DNA from: Histomonas meleagridis 2922-C6/04-290x
Taxonomy: Eukaryota; Protista; Parabasalia
DNA: 34,056 nt
NCBI GenBank assembly: GCA_020184695.1
Contig: JAANOX010000183.1
Span: 1 to 34,056, forward strand
Direction: 5' to 3'
Shown: piece by piece, positions 31,093 through 34,056 of the stretch
How the letters are laid out: every line of letters begins with the position of its first letter
Position numbering within the stretch: the stretch's first letter is position 1
Translations under genes and position numbers: made by a program
Notes under the pieces: generated by a model
Database searches by the model: none
Told to the model about the DNA's origin: nothing
What the model saw: only the letters and a program-made list of their open reading frames with translations

Positions 31093-31338
31093 ATATACTA
31101 TTATATATTTACATATATTTATGTTTGTTATCGTATTATTATAAATATATTAATACATTATTATATATTTTAATAAATTATAAGTGACACTAATATATAT
31201 ATATATATATTGATATTCAATAAAGATTATTAAACATAATATAATAGATTCTATTATTCTAAAATATATTATTTCATTATGCTATTCAATTCAGGTTATT
31301 GAAAATCTCATACGTTTATTATTATCATTTATTTCGAT

Positions 31339-32329
31339 ATGAGCCAGCATCAACTATCACAATGCTCTCTTTTTCACAACTTAACACAAGCTTTTGTAAA
31401 AGTTAAATCTGAAATGAAAAATGAAAGTGAAAATAGTGATGATGATATTTTACAAGAGAATATTCATAACAGAGATGATTATTACTCAAATTTCTTTTTG
31501 GAAGAAAGGTTAGAATTCGAACTTGAAAGTGCAGGTTTTTCAAATAAAAAAAATTTTGAAGAAGTTCAAAATTCAACACCAGAATAGTTTATTTATTTTT
31601 TAAATAGTTTAATCGGGAAAAATCTAAATGATTTTTACAATCTTAAACAATTGGTTTCAGATGAATCCATCAGAAACAATTGTCCATATTCATGCATTCA
31701 TTCAAATTTAAATGAGAAAGATTCAAACTTTCAATATATTAAATTCGTTTACAAATTTCACACCAAACTCCCTGTGAATGCTCTTCATGCTTTAAAATCA
31801 ACTTCCAAAATAATGTGATATATTCAATTATTTTTATTGAAGTTAATCATAATCACAGAATTGATAAATTATTTGTTGGAAGTAAATTTACATTATTAAC
31901 ATCCGAAACAATTAAAAAAATGAAAACAGAAGCAAGTATTGGAATGCCTCCATCATTCGAAAATATAATTTTTCTGAAACACCTCCTGAAATAAATGAAA
32001 AAATCATTGTTGAAGATAACAAAGAAGAAATCTGGGGCTATAATTCGACAATGGAGAAATTAAAATATTGGGCTGATGTTGCCCAACGTTCAGAACCATC
32101 AAGAAACCTTATTAAATAGTTTTTTATTAATGGACAAAAATTGAAGAAAACAATAGACCCGATGGCAAGGGATGTACTTGTGACCCCAGGCGCACAACCA
32201 ACAGTCCTATTTGCGAATGTTTGTCAGCACTTTCGAAGAAAAAGATCACCTTGTTGTAGTAACTGCCATAAAAAAGGTCATTATGCTTCGACATGTCCTT
32301 TTAAACCCAAGAATGAAAGTTCCACCTGA
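31339..32329 (+). pseudogene. Decayed gene ending in a CCHC zinc knuckle, possibly Mutator-derived
   Basis: CSNCHKKGHYASTCP (Cx2Cx4Hx4C) at the 3' end and an EVNHNH motif upstream (FAR1/WRKY-like). Several stops and frameshifts. Confidence 0.45.
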
Positions 32330-32569
32330 ATTAAATCTTCTTTGAAGTATATCAATAAAAATTCAAAAATTAAATTTCTTTAAATTTTAATTAAAACTAC
32401 TTGAATTAATAATAATAATAATAAAATTATAATAAAAAAAATAAGAAGAATAAAATTATAATAATAATAATAAAATAATAACACTTGTTGAATGATGAAA
32501 ATTATAATATAGACATTATAATCTTAAAATTTATTGGATGGTTTAGATCATAAATATTAGATCATTAAG

Positions 32570-32700
32570 ATTGTTTCAGTAAAATTGTTTAGATTAGAAT
32601 TTTTTAGATCATTAAGATTGTTTAGATCAGTAAGATTACTTCAGATAGATTGCTTCAGTAAGATTATTTGAATCATTAAGATTGTTTAGATTGGAATATG
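32570..32700. repeat. Short-period degenerate repeat (AGATCATTAAGATTGTTT-like, ~18 bp)
   Basis: Several imperfect copies. The minus strand reads NNLNDL/NNLTE-type peptide repeats. Confidence 0.6.
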
Positions 32701-33260
32701 CACTAGTATATGGATATTGGAGTACGAAATCATGGTTTCGGTTTTGAACGGTTAATTTCGGCGATGTTTTTCTTTTTGGCGCAGAAAACGTTGAGTTCTG
32801 GAAAACGTTTAGTTCTGGAAATACGATTCCTTATAAATTTTTACTGAATTTAATTCTAAAACATTAACTAACACATATAATTTTGTGATTCATAAATTAT
32901 AAATTTTATATTGAATATCAATGAACCATATGTCAAATTTCTTGATTGAACAACATTTAATTATTATTTTTATTTAACATCAATAATATTCTATATTATG
33001 ATATGCTAAACTTATAAAAACAATAAAATATGATGAAACATATTTCTTATTGTGAAATACAATAAATTTCTATAATATCAAACTGTAAACTTTGATAAAC
33101 AATGAATTCGATAATTAAATTACAAAATATGTTGATTGTTCATGGCAAACATACTTCTGAAACAAGGTAAAATTGGATTTCATGTTAAACATGATTGTCG
33201 ATGAAATAATAAACGAAATCAACTTTTTCAATAAATATTTTGCCATCATATTTGTAAAAA

Positions 33261-33990
33261 ATGATCGCGAGTTGGCCTGGGCGTTATGATGGTATGCATT
33301 GTAGAATACCCTACATGATCGAAATTAACTATAAATATCAGTTTGAGCGCAACGGAAGTAAAAAACATCGAAGTGCTTTCTATAGATGCATTCATGGCAA
33401 TCGAAGCATGCCAGGTTATTGCAAATGCCGTTATTCATGTGATTTTTCTGCAGATTTATCGTCTTATTCATATATTATTCATGGAATTCATTATTGGGAT
33501 CAAAATACACAAAATGATTCACCATTTTGGAGCAAAGAAGACATCGGAAAAAAAATCATAGAATTGTTAAATGACAACAAATATCATCGAATGCCATTTT
33601 TAATTTTCATTGAATTGTTGAATTGGATCGAGAAGGAAACGCCTATAGGCAAAACCAAAAATTCCATTTCTATGCGGAAAGTACAGAACTTTGTTAGAGA
33701 ATTGAACGAACAATATAGATCGAACACTGATTTTAAACAAACTTTAAATAAAAATCGGTTATTGTTATTCGAAGTACCTATAGATGCTGATAAAGTTATT
33801 TATGGGTTTTCATCGGATTTCATGTTAAAAAGAGTTCAAGAATCTTCAATGATCGGTATTGATGGAACTTTCAAAATTTTACCAATAAATTCATACCAAT
33901 TAATTACTTTTATTGGAAGAACACCGATTATGAATATTCATTGTTATATTTATGTCTATAAAACAAAAAGGAAGTAACATATAATTTTGC
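33261..33990 (+). pseudogene. Mutator (MULE) transposase, 5' part, interrupted by a hairpin-TIR element
   Basis: YRC....C.CRY...H..H zinc-finger-like region, then IGIDGTFK..P..YQL (MULE first Asp). A frameshift follows and the sequence is cut at ~33992. Confidence 0.8.
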
Positions 33991-33991
33991 A

Positions 33992-34056
33992 TTGGTAGGT
34001 ATATAATGCGGTCGGGACCTCGTGATCAGTCCCGACCTTTACTTTTCACTGGGGGG
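33992..34056 (+). mobile_element. Left terminus (D) of another copy of the hairpin-TIR element, with collapsed palindrome
   Basis: TTGGTAGGTATATAATGCGGTCGGGAC-CTCGTGATCAGTCCCGACC-TTTACTTTTCACTGGGGGG. It has the left-end type arm (GATCAGTCCC), and ~49 bp of the hairpin are missing. Confidence 0.9.

Noticed and set aside
32784-32825. 17-bp tandem GAAAACGTT(G/T)AGTTCTG x2.5 as a MULE TIR
   Set aside because: No inverted partner lies within the window, so the end cannot be assigned.

Overview
Very AT-rich eukaryotic DNA, almost all mobile-element debris. The host is most likely a parabasalid (trichomonad); this is inferred from TCA(T/C)T(T/A) initiator motifs just before many ATGs and from HxH 'phage-tail-repeat' Maverick-type genes. 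The main feature is a family of virus-like, integrase-encoding elements (Maverick/Polinton-related) with four termini in the window: 7607, 15557, 29323 and ~33992. One putative full copy (15557-29323) has 120-bp TIRs and convergent gene blocks. From the left on + are a putative major capsid gene and two conserved ORFs. From the right on - are a small conserved ORF, an HxH-repeat fibre and an rve integrase. I found no DNA polymerase B or packaging ATPase, and ~6 kb of host-like/TE DNA lies in the middle. Each TIR holds a GC-rich 60-77 bp palindrome whose arms co-vary between ends. A second subterminal hairpin occurs with its loop in opposite (flip/flop) orientation in the two right ends. Around these elements are several mariner elements, pogo-, MULE- and IS481-like remnants, a CRESS-virus-like Rep helicase fragment with a nearby stem-loop, a stand-alone chromodomain ORF, a tandem pair of decayed genes sharing an unrecognised domain, and broken host genes (LisH protein, membrane protein, DOCK C2 domain). 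All family assignments come from motif recognition by eye; no database searches were run.
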